A stretch of DNA of 64,000 nt from an uncultured Candidatus Saccharibacteria bacterium (GCA_964597895.1 CAZQZS010000002.1:3914-67913); one strand, 5' to 3'. Positions 1 to 9,425 are shown, counted from the first letter of the stretch. Program-made: numbers and translations. Notes: a model not told the origin generated them from the letters alone.

Positions 1-256
1 TAGAGTAAGAGGGGACAGTATGATCAATGCGGGAATCCATGAAGGCGACTTGGTTATCGTTCGGCCAACTCGCGAAGCCAAGAATAACGATATCGTAGTG
101 GCGCTTTTGCATGACGAAGCAACAGTCAAGAGATTTATTCAGATTAAGAACAGAGCTTACTTAAAGGCAGAGAACCCGGACTACGCCAACATCTATCCAA
201 AAGAAGAATGGATGATACAGGGGAAAGTTGTAGGCGTTATCCGAAACTTAGAGTAG
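1..256 (+). CDS. lexA: LexA repressor, C-terminal S24 peptidase domain (5'-truncated by window edge)
   Basis: Translation '...GDLVIVRPTREAKNNDIVVALLHDEATVKRF...' matches the LexA/S24 autocleavage domain; the frame is open to the window start. Confidence 0.7.
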   Translation, partial: RVRGDSMINAGIHEGDLVIVRPTREAKNNDIVVALLHDEATVKRFIQIKNRAYLKAENPDYANIYPKEEWMIQGKVVGVIRNLE

Positions 257-443
257 CGTGTCCACATTTTTGACTTCCTTCTTTGTTAGAATACTGCGTC
301 GGTGCTCACCGTAGGTATACTACGGCTCGCACCTTTCTCGTATTCTGCCTCGAATGAAGCTCAATAATCTGAACACTGAATTACTACAAATTCACTTCGC
401 TAAGAATTTAAACCAATTTTTATAAATCATAATCTAAACCATT

Positions 444-626
444 ATGTCTGACTTAGAATTAACAAAAAAAGAGATCATCACAAAGTTGCGAATGCTCTGC
501 GCACACTGCGCATCTGGACGAAAGCACACCTGCTCTGTCCAGCGCATCTCTCTTCAGGTGAAGGCATTTAGTGGCGTGCCGCTGATTGTCAACAATGAGT
601 TCCGTGGTGTAATATATAGCCAATAA
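444..626 (+). CDS. hypothetical small Cys-containing protein (doubtful)
   Basis: 60-aa ORF with CxxC...C; no obvious SD. Confidence 0.15.
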   Translation: MSDLELTKKEIITKLRMLCAHCASGRKHTCSVQRISLQVKAFSGVPLIVNNEFRGVIYSQ

Positions 627-645
627 TCAACTGGAGGTATATGCC

Positions 646-813
646 GTGTACGGAAATTTAGATGTGCGCCTCAAGCGGTTTGAGTATGATGTAGATTCCT
701 CTCTTGGTTTAGGAGTCACAATTTTCCAAATTCTGATGGTCTTCATCGTATTGGGCCTAGTTTCCTTCCTTAATGTAATGTCTAAGAATTTGGGTGACAA
801 AGCTCAAAAATAG
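646..813 (+). CDS. small hydrophobic membrane protein (~55 aa), GTG start
   Basis: GGAGG 8 nt upstream of GTG; product 'VYGNLDVRLKRFEYDVDSSLGLGVTIFQILMVFIVLGLVSFLNVMSKNLGDKAQK' has one clear TM helix; followed by a hairpin plus T-run at ~863..895; not in the ORF track (<60 aa, non-ATG). Confidence 0.3.
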   Translation: MYGNLDVRLKRFEYDVDSSLGLGVTIFQILMVFIVLGLVSFLNVMSKNLGDKAQK

Positions 814-909
814 GAGTAAAATCCCAATATAAGAGTGTCTTGTATAAGGCACTTTTTAATTTTTCCTCATATTTATGAGGATTTTATTTTGAGCACATTG
901 ATATATCTC

Positions 910-938
910 TTGACAAAATAGCCAAAATAAAGTATACT
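910..938 (+). promoter_or_regulatory. sigma70-like promoter TTGACA-N17-TATACT upstream of the surface-protein gene
   Basis: Canonical hexamers with 17-nt spacer, read directly. Confidence 0.5.
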
Positions 939-1052
939 ATCAAGATTTATTACTAACCTGTTCGGTTGGCCATAAATCTTCACTAATTAATTGATTGCCC
1001 AAAGGCTCTGCGAAAGCAGCACTTTACAGCAATCGCGAGAGTAATTAATAAA

Positions 1053-3062
1053 ATGCGCAACATTTTAACTAACCGTCGTTTTGGCTTAGTTGGAACCTTG
1101 TTTGCTGTTGTAGCTGTGAGTATGGTGTTAGCTCTGATTCCTCAGGCTACTGCCAAGATTAACGCAGAAAACTGTGTTAACCCTCCTACAACTCCTACTT
1201 TGAACCACTGGCCAATTACTTATGACGACGAAAATACTCCGCTGTGTCATGATTTTCGTGCCATTGACGCAGCCCGTTATGTTGCTAATCAGGATTTAGA
1301 ATTTTCTCAAAATGAGACTGATTGGCAGAACGGTTTGAGTTTGGATGTTGGTCAAGAAGGTATCGCCTTGATTTATGTTCACAACGGTGCTGCCAATAAC
1401 CTTCCTGCAGAGCAAACTACTGCTCGCAACGTGAGGATTCAGACCACTACCGAAACCAACACCGGTTCAACACATCGTATCTCCGTCCGTATGGCCGGTG
1501 ATAACACCAACACTGTAACTGAAAGCTTTACTGTGCACACTCCAAGTGATGCTAAGTTACAAGTTATCAGCAACAGTGGTGTAATGTACGATTACGAAGG
1601 TAATCGCCTCCCAGGTTACGAAAACCTGGACTTAGGTAACTCTACCTATACTTTAGGTGACTTGGACGCATGTTTTGAATATAGTCTGTTCTTGGCTTAC
1701 AAATTCAAAGTTGTCCAAGGCGACGTTGATGACGAAGACACCTCTTTGTCTATCGAAAAGGAAGTTCGTAACCTTACCAACGACGGCCGTTTTTCTAGCT
1801 CAACTGATGCTGAAGAAGGCGATCGCGTTGAATATCGTGTAGTTGTGCGCAACACCGGCGACGAAGTTGCCCGTGATGTGCGCGTTACCGATAATGGTGT
1901 GTCTGGTATTTCAATTGAACGTTCTTCAATTGATATAGATATCAATGATAACTTGTGGCAGGGTGATTTCCCTGGCACCATCAATCTTGGTGACATGGAT
2001 CCTGGTGAACGAATCACCATCACTTATGAAGCTCGGGTAACCGAAGATGACTGCCGTACTCTAACCAACACTGCTTCTGCAGTAGCTGATAACGCTTCCC
2101 GCGTATCTGATTCCGCTGCTGTCCGTATTGAAGGTTGTGATAACGATGACGACCGCGATATTGAAATTCGTAAGCAGGTTCGTAACTTAGATGAAGGTTC
2201 ATCTAGCTTCCGCGATCAGGTTGATGCCCGCACTGGTGAAGATGTAGAGTTCCGCATCACTGTGTCTAACTCTGGTGATGCTACTGTTCAAGACGTAGTC
2301 ATGACTGACGTGATTCCATCTGGACTTCGTTTCACCGACAACGTAGAAGTTGACGGCGATTATGAAGATATCGAATTCCGCAACCGTACTTTGACTGTAG
2401 AATTAGGTGATCTTCGCGAAGGTGAAGATGTAACCATTGAATTTACTGCTGAAGTTATTGAAGATGACCGCACTACTGTGTGTAACGAAGCTTCTGCAAC
2501 TGGTGATGATGTTAGTCGTGTAGAAGATGAAGCTTGTGTACGTATTACAACCACTACCAAGCCGGGTACTCCTAATATTACCCAGTCTAAACGCGCATAT
2601 AATGACACCAAGAAAGTTGACGCGACTTCTGTACATGCAGATCGTGGTAATGTGATCACTTTCACCTTAACCACCACCAATACTGGTTCTGCTGATTACA
2701 ATAACTATGTAATCCGCGACGATTTGTCTGGGGTACTGCCATTGGCCGAAATTATTGACCTTGGCGGCGGCCGTTTGGATGGCAACACCTTAGTGTTCCC
2801 AGCCGTAGACATTGATCGTGGTGAAACTGTTACAAAGACCTTCAAGGTCCGCGTAAAATCTTCTTTGGCTCCAACTTTGTCATACCAGATTAAGAATACC
2901 TATGGTAACACCGTTACCATCACAATTCCTGGTAACATCGTTTACGAAGCGCCAAAGACTGGTGCCGCAGCTACTTCTGCTGCAGTATTCGCTGGATTAT
3001 TGACTGCTGGTGCAGTTGTAGTCCGCCGCGGTAAAGATATCTTTAACTTTATCTTTGCGTAA
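1053..3062 (+). CDS. large cell-surface protein with repeated DUF11-like domains and C-terminal sortase-type sorting signal
   Basis: N-terminal signal/TM; repeated '...RxxxDxxxGDxVxYxxxVxNTG...' modules; C-terminus 'APKTG' + hydrophobic stretch + 'RRGKD'. Confidence 0.7.
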   Translation: MRNILTNRRFGLVGTLFAVVAVSMVLALIPQATAKINAENCVNPPTTPTLNHWPITYDDENTPLCHDFRAIDAARYVANQDLEFSQNETDWQNGLSLDVGQEGIALIYVHNGAANNLPAEQTTARNVRIQTTTETNTGSTHRISVRMAGDNTNTVTESFTVHTPSDAKLQVISNSGVMYDYEGNRLPGYENLDLGNSTYTLGDLDACFEYSLFLAYKFKVVQGDVDDEDTSLSIEKEVRNLTNDGRFSSSTDAEEGDRVEYRVVVRNTGDEVARDVRVTDNGVSGISIERSSIDIDINDNLWQGDFPGTINLGDMDPGERITITYEARVTEDDCRTLTNTASAVADNASRVSDSAAVRIEGCDNDDDRDIEIRKQVRNLDEGSSSFRDQVDARTGEDVEFRITVSNSGDATVQDVVMTDVIPSGLRFTDNVEVDGDYEDIEFRNRTLTVELGDLREGEDVTIEFTAEVIEDDRTTVCNEASATGDDVSRVEDEACVRITTTTKPGTPNITQSKRAYNDTKKVDATSVHADRGNVITFTLTTTNTGSADYNNYVIRDDLSGVLPLAEIIDLGGGRLDGNTLVFPAVDIDRGETVTKTFKVRVKSSLAPTLSYQIKNTYGNTVTITIPGNIVYEAPKTGAAATSAAVFAGLLTAGAVVVRRGKDIFNFIFA

Positions 3063-3078
3063 CCTGTAATGGATTTAT

Positions 3079-3110
3079 AAAGGGGCCCATTCGGGCCCCT
3101 TTGAAGTTTC
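3079..3110 (+). terminator. rho-independent terminator after the surface-protein gene
   Basis: 'aaaggggccc attc gggcccctttg' hairpin followed by T-rich stretch. Confidence 0.6.
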
Positions 3111-3230
3111 AGGCCAGCAATTTGCCTATTTAACCGATTTGATTGATAGTTAAATTGCTTGTCTGAATTGACTGCCAGTTCTGCCACGTAAAAAGTAGCG
3201 AACTGATTACAACTACAAGGAGCGAAAACG

Positions 3231-3863
3231 ATGTCTTTAGGAACTGATACCGAAAAGAACACGTCTCGCTGTCCGACCAACAGGCAAATCGGTCACGTTA
3301 ACGACTTCCATACAGATATTCTGTCGAAGCGTTCGCGGCAAGATTTGGACACCCTCATCCAAAATGGCGGTGTTTACAAAGAAGCCTACGAGAAGATGGT
3401 TGGCGAGGTTCTCGGTCTATTAACGAACACCATCACCGTCAAGGTGAAGGTCAAGCGTGGTCAGACCCCCCAGCAAGTGCTGGACGGAACTGGCAGGGAG
3501 CAATACACGAACAAGGCGGTCGTCGCCTCAATGCCGCTATCTGACGGCGAAGGCGAAGAAGAAGTTGAGTTTGTTTTCTTCAAGGTTGGGCGCAGTTTGC
3601 CTGACAGTGAAGTGGAAGCGGAGCGCAGGAAGCGTGGCTTGGTGCAAGACCTTGCCGCACAGGCGCAATACAACGCCGACAATCCCGACTTTGCTACCGA
3701 CCATCCGAACGGCGATAGCTGGAAGGATGGAAACGGCAAGTGGTGCTACGCCTTTTTCCGCCGTTGGGGCGACGAGCGCGAGGTGGACGTTCGCTTCAGC
3801 GCCCTCGACTGGCGTGACTTCTACTGGTTCGGCGGTCGCAAGGTTAAGCCTTCGGTTTCTTGA
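3231..3863 (+). CDS. hypothetical protein A (210 aa), unrecognised family, GC-rich codon usage
   Basis: AAGGAG 8 nt upstream of ATG; long ORF in a locally GC-rich block; no motif I can assign. Confidence 0.6.
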   Translation: MSLGTDTEKNTSRCPTNRQIGHVNDFHTDILSKRSRQDLDTLIQNGGVYKEAYEKMVGEVLGLLTNTITVKVKVKRGQTPQQVLDGTGREQYTNKAVVASMPLSDGEGEEEVEFVFFKVGRSLPDSEVEAERRKRGLVQDLAAQAQYNADNPDFATDHPNGDSWKDGNGKWCYAFFRRWGDEREVDVRFSALDWRDFYWFGGRKVKPSVS

Positions 3864-3903
3864 ACCCTTTGCCCTCTTTGGCATTTGGTTTTTTGGACTT
3901 TTG

Positions 3904-3940
3904 GGGTCTCGCAGATTTTTTGCGAGACCTCTTTCTTTTT
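3904..3940 (+). terminator. rho-independent terminator between insert genes A and B
   Basis: 'ggtctcgca gattttt tgcgagacc' followed by ctttcttttt. Confidence 0.6.
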
Positions 3941-4094
3941 GTATGAGTTTAAAAAACACTCTTGCAACAAGGGTATTTTTATTGACTAAAGGTAGAATTT
4001 ATTATAAAATTATAAGTCTTTCTCTCTGAAAGAATCCTGACTGCGGATAGCAGTTGTAAAGAAGGCCGGGCAAGTAGCTTGGCTAGGAGGACTA

Positions 4095-5084
4095 ATGAAA
4101 CATTTACCTTTGAACGAAGCGTTGATGCCGGCTTGTATTTTAAAGGAACAGACACTGAAAGATTTTGTGAAGCAGGCTGGGCCAATCTCTTTGAAGTACG
4201 GCTATTTAACTTACGGCCAAATCGAAGCGGTTTTGAATAAAGTTTGTTCTGGAGATCAAACCATTTTGCAGGGATTGTTGAGAGGTGAGAAAGAGGTTAG
4301 AGTGGCAGATAGCTTAGCAAAGTTGTTTGACAAGCACGGTCGTCGCATTCCTCCTCGCACACTTACCGCTTCAGTCACGGACGCAAATCGCAACTATTTT
4401 CTGAAACACACGAAGCTCAACTACGCCGAGCGGCTTGCTCGCATCGTTGATTGCTTCGTCCTGAAAGAGGCGATTTCGGCGGACGAGTTTGAGAACCGTG
4501 CCGAGGCAATCTTGGAAGGTTTGCGGGTTGACGAAAAGACCCAACTCATCACCAACGGCGTTCATTTGCCGTTCTATCTGCCCCAGACACAGGTAGACGA
4601 CTATGGTCGGGTGTTGGACGAAGTGTTCCTGCCTGCCGTTGAGCGAAGCTACAAGGCAGAGTTTCTCAAGCGGAGTTTTTACAACTACCGCAAAGGAACT
4701 CTTGTAGGTCAGACCACTATCGTGGAAGGCTCTCGTCACGAACGGCTGGTGGAAGCGATGAGGCAAGGGGATGTTGTCGGGATTTACTTTCCGAACTGCT
4801 TGCAGGGCTTCAGCGTCCACGCCGACCTTGAGCAGATGGCGAGCCTGCCTAGCAAGTTTTTACTCGCTGGCGGTTTCGATGCTGCGGGAGCGATGGTGGC
4901 TTTTCCAGATGTATTAGCACGGGATAGCAAAACACCCTTGCTTGACCTTGCCGCAATGCAGTGGAAATCGTCTGCCTACTCGCTTTACTTCGGCGACTAC
5001 GACGGCTATCTCTCGTTCGACTGTAGGAGAGTCCTCGACACTGCCCGCGATGTCTACGCTGGTGGTCTCGTGGTTCTTGAGTAA
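4095..5084 (+). CDS. hypothetical protein B (329 aa), unrecognised family, GC-rich codon usage
   Basis: AGGAGG 5 nt upstream of ATG; own promoter-like TTGACT-N17-TAAAAT at ~3985..4013; no recognisable motif. Confidence 0.6.
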   Translation: MKHLPLNEALMPACILKEQTLKDFVKQAGPISLKYGYLTYGQIEAVLNKVCSGDQTILQGLLRGEKEVRVADSLAKLFDKHGRRIPPRTLTASVTDANRNYFLKHTKLNYAERLARIVDCFVLKEAISADEFENRAEAILEGLRVDEKTQLITNGVHLPFYLPQTQVDDYGRVLDEVFLPAVERSYKAEFLKRSFYNYRKGTLVGQTTIVEGSRHERLVEAMRQGDVVGIYFPNCLQGFSVHADLEQMASLPSKFLLAGGFDAAGAMVAFPDVLARDSKTPLLDLAAMQWKSSAYSLYFGDYDGYLSFDCRRVLDTARDVYAGGLVVLE

Positions 5085-5093
5085 AATTTACAT

Positions 5094-5127
5094 AACAGCA
5101 CAGTGAAAATTCACTGTGCTGTTTGAT
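5094..5127. terminator. bidirectional hairpin terminator between gene B and the wbaP-like gene
   Basis: 'aacagcacagtga aaat tcactgtgctgtt' perfect stem flanked by A/T runs. Confidence 0.6.
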
Positions 5128-6576
5128 TTAATAGTTGTCTTTGGGCTTCTTTTCCCAGAATAGAATCAGAAAACTTTTGGCCAGAATTTGAAAGTCTACC
5201 CACAGGCTCCAGTTCTCAATGTAATAAGTGTCTAGGCGAATTTCTTCTTCAAACGGAAGAGTTGGCCAAGAAGTCTGAGCGATTTGCGTGAAGCCAAAGA
5301 TTCCTGGCTTGATTGTTAACACGCGGCCGTTGGTTGCTTGGTATTGTTCAACCTGTTCCGGTAAGTGGGGGCGGGGGCCAACCATGCTCATGTCACCTTT
5401 GAGGACGTTCCAAAATTGTGGGATCTCATCTAGTTTAGTTCGCCTTAGGAATCGGCCCATTTTGGTTACTCTCGGATCGTCCTTGATTTTAAATAAGGGA
5501 CCATCTCGTTTTTCTTCGGCAGCTTGGATCAGTTCTTCCAGCAAAGCCTGCGCCTCCTCTTTGCCGTATTTATCACCAATACTTAAATGGGCGAACATGC
5601 TGCGGAATTTATAGAATTTAAACGGCCGTCCGTTTTGACCACAGCGTATTGAACTGTAAATAACTGGCCCCTTACTGTCTAATGTGATTGCCATGGCCAA
5701 GATCAGCATCAGTGGGGCAGTGAGAATTAAACAGATTACGCTTATTATGATATCTGCGATGCGTTTAATGAGTTTGCCCCAGCCGTCTAATGGAGTGTTC
5801 TTTAATCCGATTATCGGAATACCTTGGAGATTATTGAGTTCAATGATGTTTCGTTGTACCTCAAATAAGTTGGGGACGAATGAAAATTGCAGACCGTATT
5901 GTCGTGCGAACGCAACCAAGGCTAAATTATCTTGCGCGCTGGTGTTGTGGTTGGTTTGAACGATCTCATCAAATTTTTGCTCTTGGTAAAGCTTGCTTAG
6001 CGAATCAAGCACTTGCTGATTGTTAGATAGTTCGGCAACCACTGTATAACCATGTCGCGGGTCTTTGAGTAAGTCACGAATGACTTGCGCTTCGGTGCCG
6101 GACCCGTTGATTAGAGCTAGGCGGTGCAGTCCATAACCTTTGGCAAACATGGATTGCTGGACCAGCTTTAAGATTAGTCGGCCGGCTAGCACAAACACAA
6201 TGCTTAGTAACCAGACCGCTAGAATGATAAACCGGGATGGGAAGATAGACTGATCAAAGAAGAACAGAATTACTGTCAGAAACGCGGCCAGGCTCAGGCC
6301 AATACTGACTTTACTCCACTCAGTCCAAAGCCGGCGGGTACCTTTTAATGAGTACAAGCCAAGCAAGGCAAAAATCAGCAAAACAATCGGAGTGGCGCGA
6401 ATTAAGATTCCCAAAAAGTCGGGGAGTGATAATTCAAACAAAACTGGGCCCACCCAGCTGTCGGTCTGATAGCGGAGTTGATAAGCTACGATACCCGCGC
6501 CAATCAGAGCGAGGGTATCCAGCGGAATTGATAATAAATTAAAAAGAAGTTCTGATTTCTTCATATTTCTGAGCAT
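5128..6576 (-). CDS. undecaprenyl-phosphate sugar phosphotransferase (WbaP/CpsE-type bacterial sugar transferase); start uncertain (6564, 6576 or 6600)
   Basis: Multi-TM N-terminus, central linker, C-terminal '...KGPVIYSSIRCGQNGRPFKFYKFRSM...GPRP...' bacterial sugar transferase domain. Confidence 0.75.
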   Translation of the reverse strand: MLRNMKKSELLFNLLSIPLDTLALIGAGIVAYQLRYQTDSWVGPVLFELSLPDFLGILIRATPIVLLIFALLGLYSLKGTRRLWTEWSKVSIGLSLAAFLTVILFFFDQSIFPSRFIILAVWLLSIVFVLAGRLILKLVQQSMFAKGYGLHRLALINGSGTEAQVIRDLLKDPRHGYTVVAELSNNQQVLDSLSKLYQEQKFDEIVQTNHNTSAQDNLALVAFARQYGLQFSFVPNLFEVQRNIIELNNLQGIPIIGLKNTPLDGWGKLIKRIADIIISVICLILTAPLMLILAMAITLDSKGPVIYSSIRCGQNGRPFKFYKFRSMFAHLSIGDKYGKEEAQALLEELIQAAEEKRDGPLFKIKDDPRVTKMGRFLRRTKLDEIPQFWNVLKGDMSMVGPRPHLPEQVEQYQATNGRVLTIKPGIFGFTQIAQTSWPTLPFEEEIRLDTYYIENWSLWVDFQILAKSFLILFWEKKPKDNY

Positions 6577-6670
6577 ATTATAGCATTGCTGAGCCTGCAC
6601 TGCTACTTCCCAATTAGGCCGTCAGATGGTAAGATTTTAGGGATTATTGTGAAGATTTTAACTTATTTCA

Positions 6671-7702
6671 ATGAATAAAGTTGCAGTATTATTTGGCGGT
6701 GGAGGCTTTATTGGTTCATACTTAGCCGTAGAATTATTGGATCAAAATATCGTGGATGAAGTGCTGCTTGCCGACCTTCATTTCCAAGAACCACTATGGC
6801 CCAAGCGCCTGCACCAGCTGCGCGCAATGGGCAAGGTCGCGACTTGCAGTTTTGATGTGCGCAGGGATTCTGATTATCAGTTTTTACCTAAACAGGCAGA
6901 GCTGATTGTCAACCTAGCTGCCGTACACCGCGAGCCTGGTCATGCCGAGCACGAGTATTACGAAACTAACCTGCCGGGTGCAGAAAATATTTGTAATTGG
7001 GCAAACACCATCGATTGCAAACAATTAATTTTCACAAGCAGTATTGCGACTTACGGGGCTAATGAAGATTTGCATGTTGAAACCAAGACCGAAACAAGCA
7101 CTCCAAAACCCAATACTCCTTACGGCATCTCTAAGCTCAAAGCCGAAGCGATTCATAAACAGTGGCAGGAAGCTGAACCCGACCGCAGGTTATTGATTGT
7201 TCGGCCAGGCGTAATCTTTGGGGCAGGGGAGAACGGCAACGTCACGCGAATGCTTAAAGCGATTAAGCGCGGCTATTTTGTGTACACTGGAAATCAGGAC
7301 ACAGCCAAAGCCGGCGGTTACGTAAAGGAGCTAACCCGTTCGGTAGTGTGGATGTGGCAGAAGCAGCTTTCTAGCCAGAAGCCATTCTCTCTTTATAATT
7401 TTACGATGAATCCGACCCCGACAGTGGGTCAATTCGTTAAGGCAATTTCAGCTGTGCTCGGGAAGGACAAGCAGCCAATTAGTTTACCCTTTAACCTATT
7501 ATTGTTGATTGCGAAACTGTGGGAACTACCATTCAAATTAATCGGCAGGCAGACCAGCATTAACCCTGCTCGTATTCACAAGCTGCGCCGTTCCAACCAA
7601 ATTGCGGCCGAGGTTTTAGCTCAAGAGGGTTATCAATATCAGTATGATTTAGTTTCTGCGATGCGCGACTGGAAATCAGAGCGCGCCGAGGATTGGCAGT
7701 AA
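6671..7702 (+). CDS. NAD-dependent epimerase/dehydratase (SDR family)
   Basis: N-terminal 'LFGGGGFIGSYL' Rossmann motif; YxxxK 'YGISK'. Confidence 0.7.
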   Translation: MNKVAVLFGGGGFIGSYLAVELLDQNIVDEVLLADLHFQEPLWPKRLHQLRAMGKVATCSFDVRRDSDYQFLPKQAELIVNLAAVHREPGHAEHEYYETNLPGAENICNWANTIDCKQLIFTSSIATYGANEDLHVETKTETSTPKPNTPYGISKLKAEAIHKQWQEAEPDRRLLIVRPGVIFGAGENGNVTRMLKAIKRGYFVYTGNQDTAKAGGYVKELTRSVVWMWQKQLSSQKPFSLYNFTMNPTPTVGQFVKAISAVLGKDKQPISLPFNLLLLIAKLWELPFKLIGRQTSINPARIHKLRRSNQIAAEVLAQEGYQYQYDLVSAMRDWKSERAEDWQ

Positions 7703-8643
7703 TGAAGATTGTAGTTACGGGCGGCGCTGGTTACATAGGCAGTTATGTGTGCCGAGCTTTACTTAAAGCAGGGCATAAGCTGTGGGTGATTGATGATTTA
7801 TCAACCGGAAGGCAGGAAAATCTACCTGCTGAGGTTGATTTTTTTCTGGCTGATTTTGCTGATGAAAAATTATGGCAGCAGCTTTCTAGCAAGGATATTG
7901 ATGTAGTCATCCATTTGGCAGCGAAGATTGATGCGGCAGAATCAGTTGAGAAACCTGAATTATACTTGAGGGAAAATTCAGAAAAAACTCAGCAGTTGTT
8001 GAACATCCTTTCAGATTTTCCTATTGAAGGTGTCGTCTTTGCCTCAAGCGCAGCTGTTTATGGCGACGCTGAGCAAATCCCAACTCCAGAGACCGCTGAA
8101 TTAAAACCGCTCAATCCCTATGGTAAAAGCAAGGTTTTGGCTGAGCAAGCGCTTCAGGATTTCGCTAAAAGTGGTAAAAGGGCCATAGCTTTGCGATTTT
8201 TTAATGTTGCTGGAACTTTGCCCGAAATTGTAATTAGACCTCGTTTAGAAGCGGCTCTAATCACTGCCATCAAAAAGAGCTTAGAAAATCCTCAGGTTAG
8301 CTTAAAAGTTTTTGGGTCGGATTATCCTACCGCGGACGGGAGTTGTGAGCGCGACTTTGTGCATGTGGCAGATATTGCTCAAGCATTTGTTGCAGTAATA
8401 GAGAACTGGAGTAGTTTAAAAGAATTTGAAGCCATTAATATCGGAACTGGGCAGGCCCATTCGGTGTTGGAGGTTGTGTCTAGAGCGGAGGCTTTGTTAG
8501 GTAAAAGCATCAAGTTCCAAATCGTTGAACCGAGGGTAGATGAGATAGTTGTTTCAGCGGCGGATAATGCTAAAATGAAGCAGCTTCTCCAACTTCAGCT
8601 CAGGTATTCAGATTTAGATAACATACTCAAAACCAGCCTTTAG
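7693..8643 (+). CDS. galE: UDP-glucose 4-epimerase-like (GalE family)
   Basis: 'VTGGAGYIGSYV', 'YGKSK'; length typical for GalE; overlaps the upstream gene by 10 nt, suggesting an operon. Confidence 0.65.
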   Translation: MAVMKIVVTGGAGYIGSYVCRALLKAGHKLWVIDDLSTGRQENLPAEVDFFLADFADEKLWQQLSSKDIDVVIHLAAKIDAAESVEKPELYLRENSEKTQQLLNILSDFPIEGVVFASSAAVYGDAEQIPTPETAELKPLNPYGKSKVLAEQALQDFAKSGKRAIALRFFNVAGTLPEIVIRPRLEAALITAIKKSLENPQVSLKVFGSDYPTADGSCERDFVHVADIAQAFVAVIENWSSLKEFEAINIGTGQAHSVLEVVSRAEALLGKSIKFQIVEPRVDEIVVSAADNAKMKQLLQLQLRYSDLDNILKTSL

Positions 8644-8705
8644 GCTGGATTTTTGTTTGAGTTTGGGGTATACTTTTGCACACAACGAAATACTGGAGGA
8701 TTAAA

Positions 8706-9425
8706 ATGGCTACTACAGAAGTTGCTTCTAAAGCTTCCAAGCCAAAGAAGCCAAAGACACCCAGGCCCGGACTGACTGAAGCCGGGGTCATTCTAGGATT
8801 ATTTGAAACAGCGCATTTGCAGATTTGTGAGCAGTCAAGAGTGATCATTTATCCGCCGACACCGGCAAAGCTTCGACTGGCTCCACATTTGCAAAAACGA
8901 ATGGAACAGTTTCGCCTTTACCTTGAGTCAATCCCTGCCGAACGGTTCAGACAGCCATGGTTGAAGTTTCTTGGAGGAATGTCCATTTCCCACATTGATT
9001 CAAATGGTAATATCCATTTGGTCGCGTTGGATGATGGATTATTATCAAATGGCTTGCCATCCGTTGGTACCGACAATGGCGAAGTCGATTATAATATCCG
9101 TTCTCGATTCGTCAGCAATCAAGTATATGGACTTGATATCAGCAGCCAGCGATTCAAAGGGAAAATTCATTTACATGTCTTCAATGTGAAGGATCTCTAT
9201 TCGATGGCTAAGGCTCGTCCAGATGGAAGTGTCATCTTGGCGCTTCGGAGCATGATTGCCTTAGATCATGGCCCAAGCGGGAATTATATGAACAATTCCG
9301 GTTTTAAACCATTTTGTTGGCGGACACGGTGTAAGCTTGGTGCGTCGATGAAACAGCACAAGATGCTGGTCACACCTGACGCTTCGTGGTTTCAGGAACA
9401 AATGCCAAAATGGCTAGCTTCGTAG
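8706..9425 (+). CDS. hypothetical protein with Lys/Pro-rich N-terminal tail
   Basis: GGAGG upstream of the ATG at 8706; N-terminus 'MATTEVASKASKPKKPKTPRPG'; flanked by terminators. Confidence 0.5.
   Translation: MATTEVASKASKPKKPKTPRPGLTEAGVILGLFETAHLQICEQSRVIIYPPTPAKLRLAPHLQKRMEQFRLYLESIPAERFRQPWLKFLGGMSISHIDSNGNIHLVALDDGLLSNGLPSVGTDNGEVDYNIRSRFVSNQVYGLDISSQRFKGKIHLHVFNVKDLYSMAKARPDGSVILALRSMIALDHGPSGNYMNNSGFKPFCWRTRCKLGASMKQHKMLVTPDASWFQEQMPKWLAS

Noticed and set aside
1657-3280. Six ORFs (60-112 aa, both strands) nested inside the 669-aa surface-protein gene
   Set aside because: They lie fully inside a long, well-supported reading frame with repeat structure, have no SDs and have low-complexity translations. 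They are spurious.
3457-4185. ORFs 3457..4029(+), 3461..3739(-), 3537..3959(-) and 3979..4185(-) overlapping insert gene A
   Set aside because: GC-rich DNA opens long alternative frames. Gene A has the SD and clean codon periodicity, and the others lack starts and SDs.
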